Program-made: the position numbers and the translations under genes
Source: an uncultured Bacteroidota bacterium
GTDB taxonomy: Bacteria; Bacteroidota; Bacteroidia; Bacteroidales; GWA2-32-17
DNA length: 64,000 nucleotides
Assembly: GCA_903837285.1 (NCBI GenBank)
Contig: CAILUD010000010.1
Span: 73,882-137,881 of the forward strand
Direction of reading: 5' to 3'
Notes under the pieces: model-generated
What the model saw: the letters and a program-made list of their open reading frames with translations, nothing else
The model's database searches: none
What the model was told of the DNA's origin: nothing
Shown: positions 38,691-48,316 of the stretch, piece by piece
How positions within the stretch are numbered: position 1 is the first letter of the stretch
How the letters are laid out: each line of letters opens with the position of its first letter

Positions 38691-38993
38691 TTAAATAATA
38701 TAATCAACTGCAGTTTTTGCAACCGAATATTGTTTATTAAACTCAATAAATGCCTGATGTGCAGGGTTGATTTTGTAATTATTAAAATCATTTAGGTTTT
38801 CGAAATCAATTGTTAAAACCAAATCAAATGCCCATGTAACTTCAACAACGTTGATACCAACTTCTAATGTTTTAATTTCTGGGATATGTAATTTTAGATT
38901 CTCGAGTTTCTCTTTTACAATTTCTGCATTTTTTAAATGCTCATCTTTATTTGCAGATTCTTTTAGTTTGAACATTATTATATGTCTAAGCAT
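38691..38993 (-). CDS. Dabb (stress-responsive A/B barrel) domain protein
   Basis: 100 aa with an HIIMFKLKE start and a ferredoxin-like pattern. Confidence 0.65.
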   Translation of the reverse strand: MLRHIIMFKLKESANKDEHLKNAEIVKEKLENLKLHIPEIKTLEVGINVVEVTWAFDLVLTIDFENLNDFNNYKINPAHQAFIEFNKQYSVAKTAVDYII

Positions 38994-39005
38994 AAAATTT
39001 TAGTT

Positions 39006-39755
39006 TTAAAGATTTATTGCACTTTTTAGAAGTTTGTAACCAGAACTACTAATTTTAAGTTTTTCATTGTTATTAAGTACAGCAACATGATTTTCTTTGT
39101 CGTAATATTCTACTCGTAAAATGGTTTCTACGTTTAAAATATATGTTCTGTGTATTCTAATGAATTTAGCTGAATCAAGATGGGTTTCAAAATATTTCAT
39201 GGTTTTTTCCTTCAGAAAATTTCCCGCTTTTGTATGCATTTTCACATAATCACCATCAGCTTCAAAATACAATATGTCTTCAACTGGAATAACCTGAATT
39301 TTTGATCCGGAACGAACTGCAATTCTTTCCATTTTACTCTGATTTGGTTCCAAAACTGTTAATGCAGAATTAATAATTGGTTGATTGTTTTGATTCTGAG
39401 AAATTTTTTCAAGAGCTTTATTTACTGCATTTGCAAAACGATCGGAACTAAAAGGCTTAAGCAAATAATCAATGGCGTTCGCTTCAAAAGCCTTTACTGC
39501 GTATTGATCAAATGCAGTAGTGAAAATTATTGCAGGTTTATGTTCAAGTAATTCTAAAATCTCTAATCCTGTAAGTTTTGGCATTTGAATATCCATAAAA
39601 ACCAATTGTGGTTTTATTTCGTTTATTGCTTTTAATCCACTAAAACCATCAGAAAAAGTTCCAAGGATAGAAATTTGAGAAAACGATTTTAAATAATGTA
39701 ACAACAGATCTGTTGCTGGCTTTTCATCTTCTATTATAATAGCTCTTATTTCCAT
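39006..39755 (-). CDS. LytR/AlgR (LytTR) family response regulator
   Basis: REC (IIIEDE, VFMDIQMP) plus a LytTR domain (FIRIHRTYILN). The track start is 39785. The ATG at 39755 (MEIRAIIIEDE) lies 1 nt after the kinase stop and fits the receiver N-terminus. Confidence 0.85.
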   Translation of the reverse strand: MEIRAIIIEDEKPATDLLLHYLKSFSQISILGTFSDGFSGLKAINEIKPQLVFMDIQMPKLTGLEILELLEHKPAIIFTTAFDQYAVKAFEANAIDYLLKPFSSDRFANAVNKALEKISQNQNNQPIINSALTVLEPNQSKMERIAVRSGSKIQVIPVEDILYFEADGDYVKMHTKAGNFLKEKTMKYFETHLDSAKFIRIHRTYILNVETILRVEYYDKENHVAVLNNNEKLKISSSGYKLLKSAINL

Positions 39756-39756
39756 A

Positions 39757-40809
39757 CTATATATTTTGAGGAATTTGAATTTCAACAGTAAATATATTTT
39801 TCTCTTTGTTAAAATTTAATAAATTGTTTTGCTGAAACATTAATTTTAATCTTTCGCTTATGTTTTTTATTCCTAACCCGGTTCCTTGTCTCGATTTAGC
39901 CTCAGGGTCAAAATTATTTGTAATGTTAATTTTAAGGGAACCGTTTTCTGAAATACAATTTGTTGTTATTATAACCAATTCAGTACTTTCATACACTCCA
40001 TGTTTGACAGCATTTTCAAATAGTGGTTGTAATATCATTGCAGGAACAAGCTTTTCCAAACATTTATCAGAAACATTAAATATGTGTTGCAATTTGTTGC
40101 CAAATCTTATCTGTTCAATTTCCAAATATCTTTTTGCATTTTCAATTTCTTCTTTTAGCGAAACCAGGCTACTCGAATCTTGCGAAATAGTGTATCTTAA
40201 AAAGTCTGAAAGTTTAATAATCATTTCTTGTGCTTTACCAGGATTTGTTATGGTTAAAGAGCTAATTGAATTTAAAGAATTAAATAAAAAGTGAGGATTA
40301 ATCTGAGATTTTAAAAGATCTAGTTCTGTTGTTCTAATTATTTCGTTCAATCGTGCTTCTCTAATAGATCTTTCCTGCAAGTCGTTATAATAATTTATAA
40401 TATAATAAATCAGTATTAAAATAGAGTAATAAAAAATTCCGCTAATAATTCTCCATGGCAAAGCTGTTGATAGAAATTTATCATACATTATATTATTTCC
40501 AGAAAATAACGAAAGAATAAAATCACCCAGAGAAATCCAAATTAGTAAAAGTAAAGTTACAGATGTAATGTGAGTAGTAAAGCCATTTAGCATCGGTGAT
40601 TTATTGTAACGTGAGTGCGCAACAACATACCATAAAGATAGTCCGAAAAATGCAAATAAAGTATTGAAAATAAAACCATCTAATAATGAAAAAACAAATG
40701 GGATGTCATAAAAAAACAATAAAACAGATGCATGAATAACTGTTACCATTAGCCATGCACCTGCATATATTAAAAAATGTTGAAGACTCTTAAAAAAAGG
40801 GTGGTTCAT
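39757..40809 (-). CDS. LytS/YehU-type sensor histidine kinase (membrane domain, His_kinase, HATPase_c)
   Basis: 350 aa. About 5 TM segments, an H-region LKSQINPHFLFNSLN, and an ATPase with GTGLGI. Confidence 0.85.
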   Translation of the reverse strand: MNHPFFKSLQHFLIYAGAWLMVTVIHASVLLFFYDIPFVFSLLDGFIFNTLFAFFGLSLWYVVAHSRYNKSPMLNGFTTHITSVTLLLLIWISLGDFILSLFSGNNIMYDKFLSTALPWRIISGIFYYSILILIYYIINYYNDLQERSIREARLNEIIRTTELDLLKSQINPHFLFNSLNSISSLTITNPGKAQEMIIKLSDFLRYTISQDSSSLVSLKEEIENAKRYLEIEQIRFGNKLQHIFNVSDKCLEKLVPAMILQPLFENAVKHGVYESTELVIITTNCISENGSLKINITNNFDPEAKSRQGTGLGIKNISERLKLMFQQNNLLNFNKEKNIFTVEIQIPQNI

Positions 40810-40815
40810 TTGTTG

Positions 40816-41559
40816 CTAGTTAAATGACTTAATTTCTCCACCTCCAAAAACAACACTACCTTTAATTATTAATGTTTTACTGTTATCAATTATCTGATTA
40901 TTGTTAACAAGCCTTTTGTCAGAAAATGCACCCATAATTGATGATACTTGAATTTGAATTTTCCAGTTAGAAGGAACGATTACTTCAACTCCTCCAAATA
41001 CACAAGAAATATCCAAATAATTTTCCTGATCTGATAAAGTAGTTCTTGTTAAGTCAATTTTTGAACCGGCAAAAACATTAGAAATTTTTCCTCCTTTAAA
41101 GTTACAAGGTTGTATTATTCTATTACTACTTCCAAATATATTTGATTCGTCAATAACACCATCTTCTATTTTACTTCCACCTCTTATATGGCCATGATGG
41201 TGAGAAAAAGATTTAAAGAATACCCGTTTCAAAATCATTACAACTCCTATAAGTATTAGTAAAAATGGCCAGAAAAGATGAATGAAATTAAAATGAAATT
41301 CAATTAGTCGAGGAAGAAAAAAGAATGCTCCTATTGATGTTAGTATAACTCCTGCCCAAAATGAAGAACGATCAAAGAAATTTGCTAAACCAAGTGCAAT
41401 TAATAATACTGGCCAAGAGAATATTAAATGTTTAAATGAAGGATCAAGTATACCGGTATTAAACCCAAGTAATAATAACCCGGCAGCTAGAATTATAAAT
41501 CCGATAATAATCTTTTTCATACGTTTTTGTTTTGAACAAAAATAAGTGGTTGTTTCCAT
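40816..41559 (-). CDS. LiaF-like membrane protein (LiaI-LiaF TM region plus DUF2154-like C-terminal domain)
   Basis: 247 aa. Four TM segments at the N-terminus, a His-rich linker (SHHHGH), and a beta-rich C-terminus ending GGGEIKSF. An alternative ATG is at 41520. Confidence 0.55.
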   Translation of the reverse strand: METTTYFCSKQKRMKKIIIGFIILAAGLLLLGFNTGILDPSFKHLIFSWPVLLIALGLANFFDRSSFWAGVILTSIGAFFFLPRLIEFHFNFIHLFWPFLLILIGVVMILKRVFFKSFSHHHGHIRGGSKIEDGVIDESNIFGSSNRIIQPCNFKGGKISNVFAGSKIDLTRTTLSDQENYLDISCVFGGVEVIVPSNWKIQIQVSSIMGAFSDKRLVNNNQIIDNSKTLIIKGSVVFGGGEIKSFN

Positions 41560-41684
41560 AATTGTAAATTTTTATTGATTTTATTTATTGGGTCAAACTT
41601 ACATTCATTATAAAAGCAGATAAAGTGCTAATCTTCAAAAAGAATCAATTCCCCGATAAGTAAATAAAAAAAGGGGTTAAAATA

Positions 41685-41718
41685 TAAACCTAACAGGTTT
41701 TAAAACCTGTTAGGTTTA
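41685..41718. repeat. Perfect 34-bp palindrome (TAAACCTAACAGGTTT TA AAACCTGTTAGGTTTA)
   Basis: I checked every position from 41685 to 41718 and each pairs with its mirror. It lies downstream of the OMP gene stop at 41779 and probably acts as a terminator. Confidence 0.8.
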
Positions 41719-41778
41719 GAAATTAAAAAACCGCCGATATTACTACCGCCGGTTTTTTCTGTTAAAAGTAATTGTATA

Positions 41779-42609
41779 TTAGAAAGAGAAAGAAAGTCCT
41801 GCCGACCATGGGTAAACTTCTGGGCCTTCATTACTCTTGAGGAGGGACGATAAATTATAGTTTACAAATGCACTAATGCCATTGTAACCAACGCGCCCTG
41901 TTAAAGAATAAGTTATTGGCATTAAATGAAAGTCTTCGCGTTGTTTGTCTTTATTCTCATTACCGTTTATATCAAAAACTTGTTTTGTGTGAGTTCCAAT
42001 TCTAAGACCTCCAATAATTCCGGCTGTGAAGTGTACGTTATTGTGACCTTCGTTTACAGGGATATGAAATTCTAGTAATAAAGGAATATTTAAGTAAGCC
42101 ACAACCATTTTATTTTTTCGAAATTTTAAAACTGTATCTGTACTATATGTTAATTTTGTGGAGTCACCAATTAAAGTAATATTCTTCTCGAAACGATAAT
42201 TGTTGAATTGTAGACCTGCTCCTGTAACAATACCTACATATTTTTTAAACAAACCTATATTAAATTCAGCAAAATTTATACTTAAACTCCATGATTTTGC
42301 TTGATTTAAATTTAGAAATTGGTCGCTGCTGTTTAGTGAAAATGAGTTGTCTCTATTTAAAAACCCGTTTAATCCTAAGTCAACTCCAGCCCAATGTCCG
42401 TTAAATCTGCTTCTTTTCAAAGAATCATTATCGTCTTCATCAGAAGTTTCTGTGGTGTCGTTGTCGTCAATTTTTACCAAATCGTCTTTATCCGAAATAA
42501 TAATGATAGTGTTTTTACCCATTTTAAAAGTGGTGGTGTCTTTTTTCTCCTGAGCAATTAATGTTGTTGCTAGAAAGAATGCTGCTAAAATTACTGTAAG
42601 CTTTTTCAT
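41779..42609 (-). CDS. Outer-membrane beta-barrel protein (OMP_b-brl_2/PorT-like)
   Basis: 276 aa. Signal peptide, an acidic Asp-rich linker, alternating beta strands, and a C-terminal ...GLSFSF. Confidence 0.65.
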   Translation of the reverse strand: MKKLTVILAAFFLATTLIAQEKKDTTTFKMGKNTIIIISDKDDLVKIDDNDTTETSDEDDNDSLKRSRFNGHWAGVDLGLNGFLNRDNSFSLNSSDQFLNLNQAKSWSLSINFAEFNIGLFKKYVGIVTGAGLQFNNYRFEKNITLIGDSTKLTYSTDTVLKFRKNKMVVAYLNIPLLLEFHIPVNEGHNNVHFTAGIIGGLRIGTHTKQVFDINGNENKDKQREDFHLMPITYSLTGRVGYNGISAFVNYNLSSLLKSNEGPEVYPWSAGLSFSF

Positions 42610-42746
42610 ATTCTTAAATTTTAAAAGTTATTCGTGTTTAATTTTGTCATATGACGCACATGCATTTTGAAAAGTTACAGATGAAATCAAAGTTTTTTTC
42701 AATGAATTACAAAAAAGCTTCAATAAACGGGTTTTGTTATACAATT

Positions 42747-42776
42747 AATGCAGAAAACAATTCTGCTTTCTGCATT
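42747..42776 (-). terminator. Hairpin downstream of the barrel-receptor gene
   Basis: AATGCAGAAA (42747-42756) pairs with TTTCTGCATT (42767-42776). The T-tail is weak. Confidence 0.4.
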
Positions 42777-42809
42777 CAAAATAAACGAATAACAACTAAT
42801 AATTGCTCT

Positions 42810-45173
42810 TTAGAATAAACCTTTTGAGCTTTTTTCATTGATTTTTTCGACCTCTTTGAGCTTTTTATTTACAGTTTTACCTTTATTAAAACGATAACTT
42901 ACTTCTAACATTAGCATGTTTTTTAATAAATCGATATTATTCCATTTGTTTTCTGTGTAGGTATCTGTTTTAATATAGCTTCCTTGGTTAAAATCGACAC
43001 CCCATGTTAAAGGAGTAAAATATAATAACATTATACTTAGTTTTTCTTTAAAAAATGGTTGTTGAACAAACAATATCCAGAAATCGTTATCGCCTTTATT
43101 ATATCCTTGTGCGGTTATATATTTTCGCATATTGTTTTGAAACTGGAAACCCGTAACTGTTTTGTGTTTCTGATTTTGATATATAAATTGACTGGACATT
43201 GACCAATCGCGAATAAAATGTGTGTGATTGCTATAGTTTATACTGCTTTCGAAAAAATCGAAACTTGATTGAAGTGTTAGGCTTTTGCTGAATGGAATTG
43301 TTATACTTGATTCAACTCCATAGTTTTTATAATACCCTGCATTACTATAATTGTATTCAAAAATATTATCAGGTCTTAATATGCCAATTTCTGTAATGTA
43401 ATTATTTGAGAAATGATAATATGGTTCTATTGTTATTAATCCTTGAAGTATTGTTGTTTGTAATGAAATTTTATTGGTTACTTCTGGTCGTAACTTAGGA
43501 TTTCCAGTTCTTACACTTTCCATGTCGAGTAAATAAGTGTATGGATTAGTTTGTCCAATGTTAGGATAATTACTACTCGCCCTATATTTTGCTTTTATAT
43601 TTAGCATTTTTGATACATCAAATTTTATATCTGCATAAGGTTGAAATATTAAATATGAATTCTTCTGTCCATCTGCATTTGGTGTGCTTGTTTCGCTGGC
43701 ACCTCCAAGTTTTATGCTTATTTTTTTTGTTGCTTTCCATGAATAATATGAATAAAGTTTATGGCGGAAATCTTTATATTTAAAATTACTATATGCTGTA
43801 TCAACTGAAAAATTACTGTTTAAATTTTCTGAAGTATTTCCATAACCAATCTGTAAATTTGTTTTGTTTTTAAAAGTATGTAGGTATTCTGCATAAAATT
43901 TTGTGCTGTATTTAATGTCTTTTCCTTCTTCATTTCTGGGAGTTATAAATGTACCTTTATATTCGTTAGTGTAGTTGTTAGTGTAATTGGAGAAAGTGAA
44001 ATTTGAGTTTATAACATTGTTCTCATTTAGTTTGCCTTCATAAAAAAGAGAATTATAAGAATTATAGTTATTGGATTTATTTCTAGATTCTGTATTAAAA
44101 ACGTCAATCAAGCTATCGTTTTTTGTATATGTTACTTTATATAATTCTTCTGATGTATTATTTGTTTTTGGTTGTGTCATAAGCATGCTTTCAAAGCTTA
44201 TTGTATGTTTCGGATTAATATAATAGTCTGTTCCAATGGTATAGTAATTATATAATTGTTTAACTTTTGTATTCAGGTCATCATTTGAAATTGGATTTCG
44301 CTCTATTATTAAACCATTATTATATTCTTTTTTACCCGTTGAGTTTAAGTTAAAATTATTATAGCTATTATTAAATTTACCGTAAACATTTACTTTGTTA
44401 TAAACATAGTTTACCGTAGCCGATATATTATTTTGAACAGGAATATATTCTTTTTTTATAGCATCAGGATCTGCCATAGTACGATCGCTGATAAATATTT
44501 CTGTTCCGCGATAGTCTTTTTTAAGTATAATGTTAATTACTGCAGAATACCCTTCGAGAGCATATCTTCCTCCTGGGTCGCGAATTATTTCTACTTTTTT
44601 AAGCCGGTCAGGCGAAAGATTTTTCACATATTCCTGATCTTTTTCAATTCCATCAACTAATATTATAACTTTACTATCATTATCTACTTTAATGGAATTG
44701 TTATATCTGTCATAATCAACGCCGGTCATTTTATCTAAAACTTCTTTTGTGTTTGACGCTCCCGATTTCATTTTATCTGTAACTACCTGGATGTCTCTGT
44801 CTATTTGATTTTCTCTTGAACTTTCAGATATAGAAACTTCTTTAAGTGAATTTACATTTGGTTCTAATTTAATAACACCAATAAATTTGTTTTGTGTTAC
44901 GGTTATTAACTCAGAAGTATCATTGCCATAACCAATAAAGCTATATACAAAACGATAATAACCACCATCTAATGAAACGGAAAAATATCCCTTGTTATTT
45001 GTTACTGCTCCTGTTATTAAACTGTCTTTTGCATTTAATATTGAAATATTACAAAACTCTAATACTTCTTTTGTTTGATTATCTTTGACTTGTCCGGTGA
45101 TTTCGATTTTATCTTGCGCAAAAATAATGCTATAAGATAAGCTAAAAAGTAAAATTGTAAAAATAAATTTCAT
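42810..45173 (-). CDS. TonB-dependent-receptor-like outer-membrane barrel (CarboxypepD_reg, plug, OMP_b-brl_3)
   Basis: 787 aa. Signal peptide, an N-terminal CarboxypepD_reg-like domain (ITGQVKD..TKEVLEFCNISI), a plug-like region (VEIIRDPGGRYALEG), and a long Asn/Tyr-rich barrel. Confidence 0.75.
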   Translation of the reverse strand: MKFIFTILLFSLSYSIIFAQDKIEITGQVKDNQTKEVLEFCNISILNAKDSLITGAVTNNKGYFSVSLDGGYYRFVYSFIGYGNDTSELITVTQNKFIGVIKLEPNVNSLKEVSISESSRENQIDRDIQVVTDKMKSGASNTKEVLDKMTGVDYDRYNNSIKVDNDSKVIILVDGIEKDQEYVKNLSPDRLKKVEIIRDPGGRYALEGYSAVINIILKKDYRGTEIFISDRTMADPDAIKKEYIPVQNNISATVNYVYNKVNVYGKFNNSYNNFNLNSTGKKEYNNGLIIERNPISNDDLNTKVKQLYNYYTIGTDYYINPKHTISFESMLMTQPKTNNTSEELYKVTYTKNDSLIDVFNTESRNKSNNYNSYNSLFYEGKLNENNVINSNFTFSNYTNNYTNEYKGTFITPRNEEGKDIKYSTKFYAEYLHTFKNKTNLQIGYGNTSENLNSNFSVDTAYSNFKYKDFRHKLYSYYSWKATKKISIKLGGASETSTPNADGQKNSYLIFQPYADIKFDVSKMLNIKAKYRASSNYPNIGQTNPYTYLLDMESVRTGNPKLRPEVTNKISLQTTILQGLITIEPYYHFSNNYITEIGILRPDNIFEYNYSNAGYYKNYGVESSITIPFSKSLTLQSSFDFFESSINYSNHTHFIRDWSMSSQFIYQNQKHKTVTGFQFQNNMRKYITAQGYNKGDNDFWILFVQQPFFKEKLSIMLLYFTPLTWGVDFNQGSYIKTDTYTENKWNNIDLLKNMLMLEVSYRFNKGKTVNKKLKEVEKINEKSSKGLF

Positions 45174-45205
45174 GTTGTTAATTTAAAAAATAATAAAGAG
45201 TAATA

Positions 45206-46492
45206 TTATTTATGTGTTGTTCTCGAAAAACCTAATTTGCCAATATTAAATGAGAAATGTTTAGTGTGGTTTTTCTTATCTGTTTTATTTTCTACAGAAA
45301 TAGGTGTTCCGGTTATATATTCCAAGCCTTTACTTCCTGCTTCAACAACATCCCAAACACCAATACTTGCTATGCCAGAATTTTTTGCAGTTATAGAAGC
45401 ATAAGGAACACTTTCAATCATATCTCGAAAATGTGAATATTTAGAGCTAGCAAAAACAGCTTCCATTGGTTTATTAAGATCTTCTTTGCTTGGGTTATTA
45501 TTAGAAGCAGTGTAGTTATTTGTTACATTAATCAAATTTGATTTCTCAATAACATTTTGTTTTTTGTGCGATGTGTCAGGTGCAATTAATTGATTATTGT
45601 GAGCGATTGAATTTAAAGTGTCAATATATTGAATCGCTTTTAAAGTGTTATTTGTTTTTATTTGCTTCTTATTTGTTATAGCAAAGTTCTTGTTAGTTGA
45701 ATTATCAATAATTATTTTCTGTTTTTGGGGAATTGTTATTTGATTTGGTTTATTTGAATTTGCAAACATTTTACCAGTATGTGTTTGTTTTCCCAATAAA
45801 CCCGAGTTAAATGCTATAAGCACTAATAAAGCAACTGCTGCTACAGCTGGAATTATTCTTGTGAAAACGATTTTTGAAGTTGTAAGTGTTTTTCTTTTTA
45901 AAGAAGATTTATGCGGGAAAACGATAGATGTATCAGGCTTTAGAATAGTTTGATTAAATAATTCGAATTCTTTTTTGAATTTTGTGTTATTTTGTAATTT
46001 GTTAAATTGTTTTACTTCAGTTGAGCTTAACTTGTTTTCGATTATATTTATGCAAAGTTGATTTATTTGTTCAGTTGTTATTTCAATTTGTTTTAAAGAA
46101 TCTTTAGCAGAAAACTCAATAGTTAAATCAGGCTTAAGTATTGTAAGTTCAAAAAGTTTAAATTCTTTTTCGAGTTCGGGATGTAGTTTAAATTGATTTT
46201 TAAGAATAATTATTTCGTCTTTGTTTAAATTATTCTCGATTTTTCCAATACAAAGTTCGTCAAATTTTTCTTTAGTAATTTCAACTTCATTGATAGTCTT
46301 TTTTAAATTATTCTTAGAATTAAATGAAATTGTTTCAGGCTCTAGCTTTATTTCTTTAACCAAATTTAATTCTTCTTCAAGGTCTGGGTTTTCAGCTAAA
46401 AAAGCCATAAATTCGAGCAAATCACCGCGCGAAAGATTATTGTCGAGGTAGTCGACAAAATACAATTCGTAATTTTTGCGGTTGATTTTCAT
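45206..46492 (-). CDS. Putative single-pass anti-sigma factor with tandem cytoplasmic repeats
   Basis: 428 aa. It lies immediately downstream of the ECF sigma gene (11-nt gap). One TM segment (IIPAVAAVALLVLIAF), 2.5 copies of a roughly 67-aa module before it, and an Asn-rich C-terminal region. Confidence 0.55.
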   Translation of the reverse strand: MKINRKNYELYFVDYLDNNLSRGDLLEFMAFLAENPDLEEELNLVKEIKLEPETISFNSKNNLKKTINEVEITKEKFDELCIGKIENNLNKDEIIILKNQFKLHPELEKEFKLFELTILKPDLTIEFSAKDSLKQIEITTEQINQLCINIIENKLSSTEVKQFNKLQNNTKFKKEFELFNQTILKPDTSIVFPHKSSLKRKTLTTSKIVFTRIIPAVAAVALLVLIAFNSGLLGKQTHTGKMFANSNKPNQITIPQKQKIIIDNSTNKNFAITNKKQIKTNNTLKAIQYIDTLNSIAHNNQLIAPDTSHKKQNVIEKSNLINVTNNYTASNNNPSKEDLNKPMEAVFASSKYSHFRDMIESVPYASITAKNSGIASIGVWDVVEAGSKGLEYITGTPISVENKTDKKNHTKHFSFNIGKLGFSRTTHK

Positions 46493-46503
46493 TTTTATAT
46501 TTT

Positions 46504-46989
46504 TTACACTAGAACTGACATGCTGCCAATATATTCTTTTAAAAATACTCTTGCTCTATAAATATATACTTTCACTTGGGCTTCTGATAATCCTGTTATT
46601 TCAGAAATCTCGTCATACGAATAACCTTCGTAATCTCTAAGTAAAATAACAGAACGTTGATCCTCAGGAAGCTTTGCAATTGCTTTATTCAAAATTTCAC
46701 CAATATCAGAATAACTGCGGTTGGTTGAATATTGCGATTGATCTGCCTGTTCAAAATTCACTATTCTTTTATTTTTTCTAATCGAGTCAATCATTGTGTG
46801 GTAAGCAGTTGTGAAAATATATGATTTTACTTTTTCAAAATTTACATTTTTTACATTAATCCAAAGTTTTTCAAACGTATCTTGAATAATATCTTTAGCC
46901 TGATCGGTGTTTCTAATGTTTTTTAGAATAAACCTATAAGCCCCATCAGAGTGAGTATCTACAGCTATATTATATTCTTCAGTTGTCAT
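46504..46989 (-). CDS. ECF-subfamily RNA polymerase sigma-70 factor
   Basis: 161 aa. Region 2 (DIIQDTFEKLW) and region 4 HTH (YSYDEISEITGLSEAQVKVYIYRAR). Confidence 0.9.
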   Translation of the reverse strand: MTTEEYNIAVDTHSDGAYRFILKNIRNTDQAKDIIQDTFEKLWINVKNVNFEKVKSYIFTTAYHTMIDSIRKNKRIVNFEQADQSQYSTNRSYSDIGEILNKAIAKLPEDQRSVILLRDYEGYSYDEISEITGLSEAQVKVYIYRARVFLKEYIGSMSVLV

Positions 46990-47057
46990 TCAGCAAGTAC
47001 GTTTTCGGGAATATGACGGAGCAAGTTACGGAAAAGTTACAGCGAAGAAAAAGATTT

Positions 47058-47699
47058 TTATTCAAAAATAAATGCAAGTATTCCTAAAATTATTAAAATA
47101 AGGCCAGTAATAGCTTTTTCGTGATGTTCTAAAAAATGAGAATTTATTTTTTTAATGCCTTTTATTCCTAGATAAACCAAAATCAACATTAATAAAACTG
47201 TAGTAAAGGTATAAACAACCGAAACAATTAAAATTCCAATCCAACCAATTGAGCCAGCTTGAAAGTAATATGCTTCAAGTTCAACGCAAGGGGTTAAAAA
47301 CATTGCTATACTTAGCGAAATAAGAATAGCCCATTTTGATTTTCTTCCCATGCTATTATTCTCAACCTTAAAATGAGAATGTTCGTGTTTATGATGATGA
47401 ATAGAATTTTTAATCTCAATTATTAAATAAATTAAACCAACAGTCACAAGAATTGCTGGGGCAATTATTTTTGAGATGATTTCATAATTACTGGCAAGTT
47501 TATAGCCAATAAATCCTACTATAATTCCTATTATAACTGTACTTAAAGTATGCGCAAAACCTGTAATTAACGTAGCAAATAATGTTTCTTTTACCGACCA
47601 TTTTTCTGTTTTACTAATAGCAATTAATGGTATCCAATGGTTTGGGATAGATGCGTGAATTAAACTTAAAACCAAACTTCCAATAAAAATTTGCCACAT
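47058..47699 (-). CDS. Six-TM membrane protein with a His-rich loop; putative Ni/Co-type metal transporter (NicO/RcnA-like)
   Basis: 213 aa. LIHASIPNHWIPL in TM1 and a central loop SIHHHKHEHSH. The family assignment is tentative. Confidence 0.4.
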   Translation of the reverse strand: MWQIFIGSLVLSLIHASIPNHWIPLIAISKTEKWSVKETLFATLITGFAHTLSTVIIGIIVGFIGYKLASNYEIISKIIAPAILVTVGLIYLIIEIKNSIHHHKHEHSHFKVENNSMGRKSKWAILISLSIAMFLTPCVELEAYYFQAGSIGWIGILIVSVVYTFTTVLLMLILVYLGIKGIKKINSHFLEHHEKAITGLILIILGILAFIFE

Positions 47700-47842
47700 T
47701 TTAATGTCTTTTAAGACTGTAAAAGTAGAATTTTAAATATTATTTATAATGGTATATTGGCTGTAATTATTATAAAACAGAAGATAAATAGCTTAAATAA
47801 TAACAAATAATATCTTTTATGTAAAAATAATCGTTACATTTT

Positions 47843-47872
47843 TTTGGAATTAATAAAAATACTTTACCTTTG
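47843..47872 (+). promoter_or_regulatory. tRNA-Glu promoter (-33 TTTG, -7 TACCTTTG)
   Basis: TTTG at 47843-47846, an 18-nt spacer, then TAnnTTTG at 47865-47872. The TTTGCACTCC 10-mer is shared with the tRNA-Val promoter. Confidence 0.55.
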
Positions 47873-47906
47873 CACTCCCAACAAAAAGGGATGTTCTTTT
47901 AATTAT

Positions 47907-47978
47907 GGCCCGTTCGTCTAGGGGTTAGGACGTCAGGTTTTCATCCTGGAAACAGGGGTTCGATTCCCCTACGGGCTA
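47907..47978 (+). tRNA. tRNA-Glu (anticodon TTC)
   Basis: 72 nt. Acceptor GGCCCGT/ACGGGCT (G1-U72), anticodon loop TTTTCAT, T-arm AGGGG-TTCGATT-CCCCT. Confidence 0.9.
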
Positions 47979-48005
47979 CAAACATTAGTTTAAAATTAGA
48001 AAATT

Positions 48006-48260
48006 ATGGCAAACCATAAATCGTCAAAAAAACGCATTCGTCAAACCGAAACACGTCGTGTTGAGAATAAATATTACGCAAAAACCACCCGTAACGCTGT
48101 AAAGGTATTACGCGAAACTACTGACAAAAAAGTTGCTGCTGAGTTATTGCCAAGAATTTCTGGTTTACTTGATAAACTTGCAAAAAAGAAAGTTATTCAT
48201 TTAAACAAAGCTTCAAATCTTAAATCAAGCCTTACATTACATGTAAACAACTTGAAGTAA
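48006..48260 (+). CDS. rpsT: 30S ribosomal protein S20
   Basis: 84 aa. [18 protein letters not shown] is a typical S20 N-terminus. It begins 27 nt after tRNA-Glu. Confidence 0.95.
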   Translation: MANHKSSKKRIRQTETRRVENKYYAKTTRNAVKVLRETTDKKVAAELLPRISGLLDKLAKKKVIHLNKASNLKSSLTLHVNNLK

Positions 48261-48283
48261 AAAATATTTACTTATTTAATTAA

Positions 48284-48316
48284 AAAGTCTTTCTATTTTT
48301 GGGAAGACTTTTTTTT
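48284..48316 (+). terminator. Rho-independent terminator of rpsT
   Basis: A 10-bp stem, 48284-48293 with 48302-48311 (one G-U pair), an 8-nt loop and a T8 tract that ends at the radC ATG. Confidence 0.75.
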
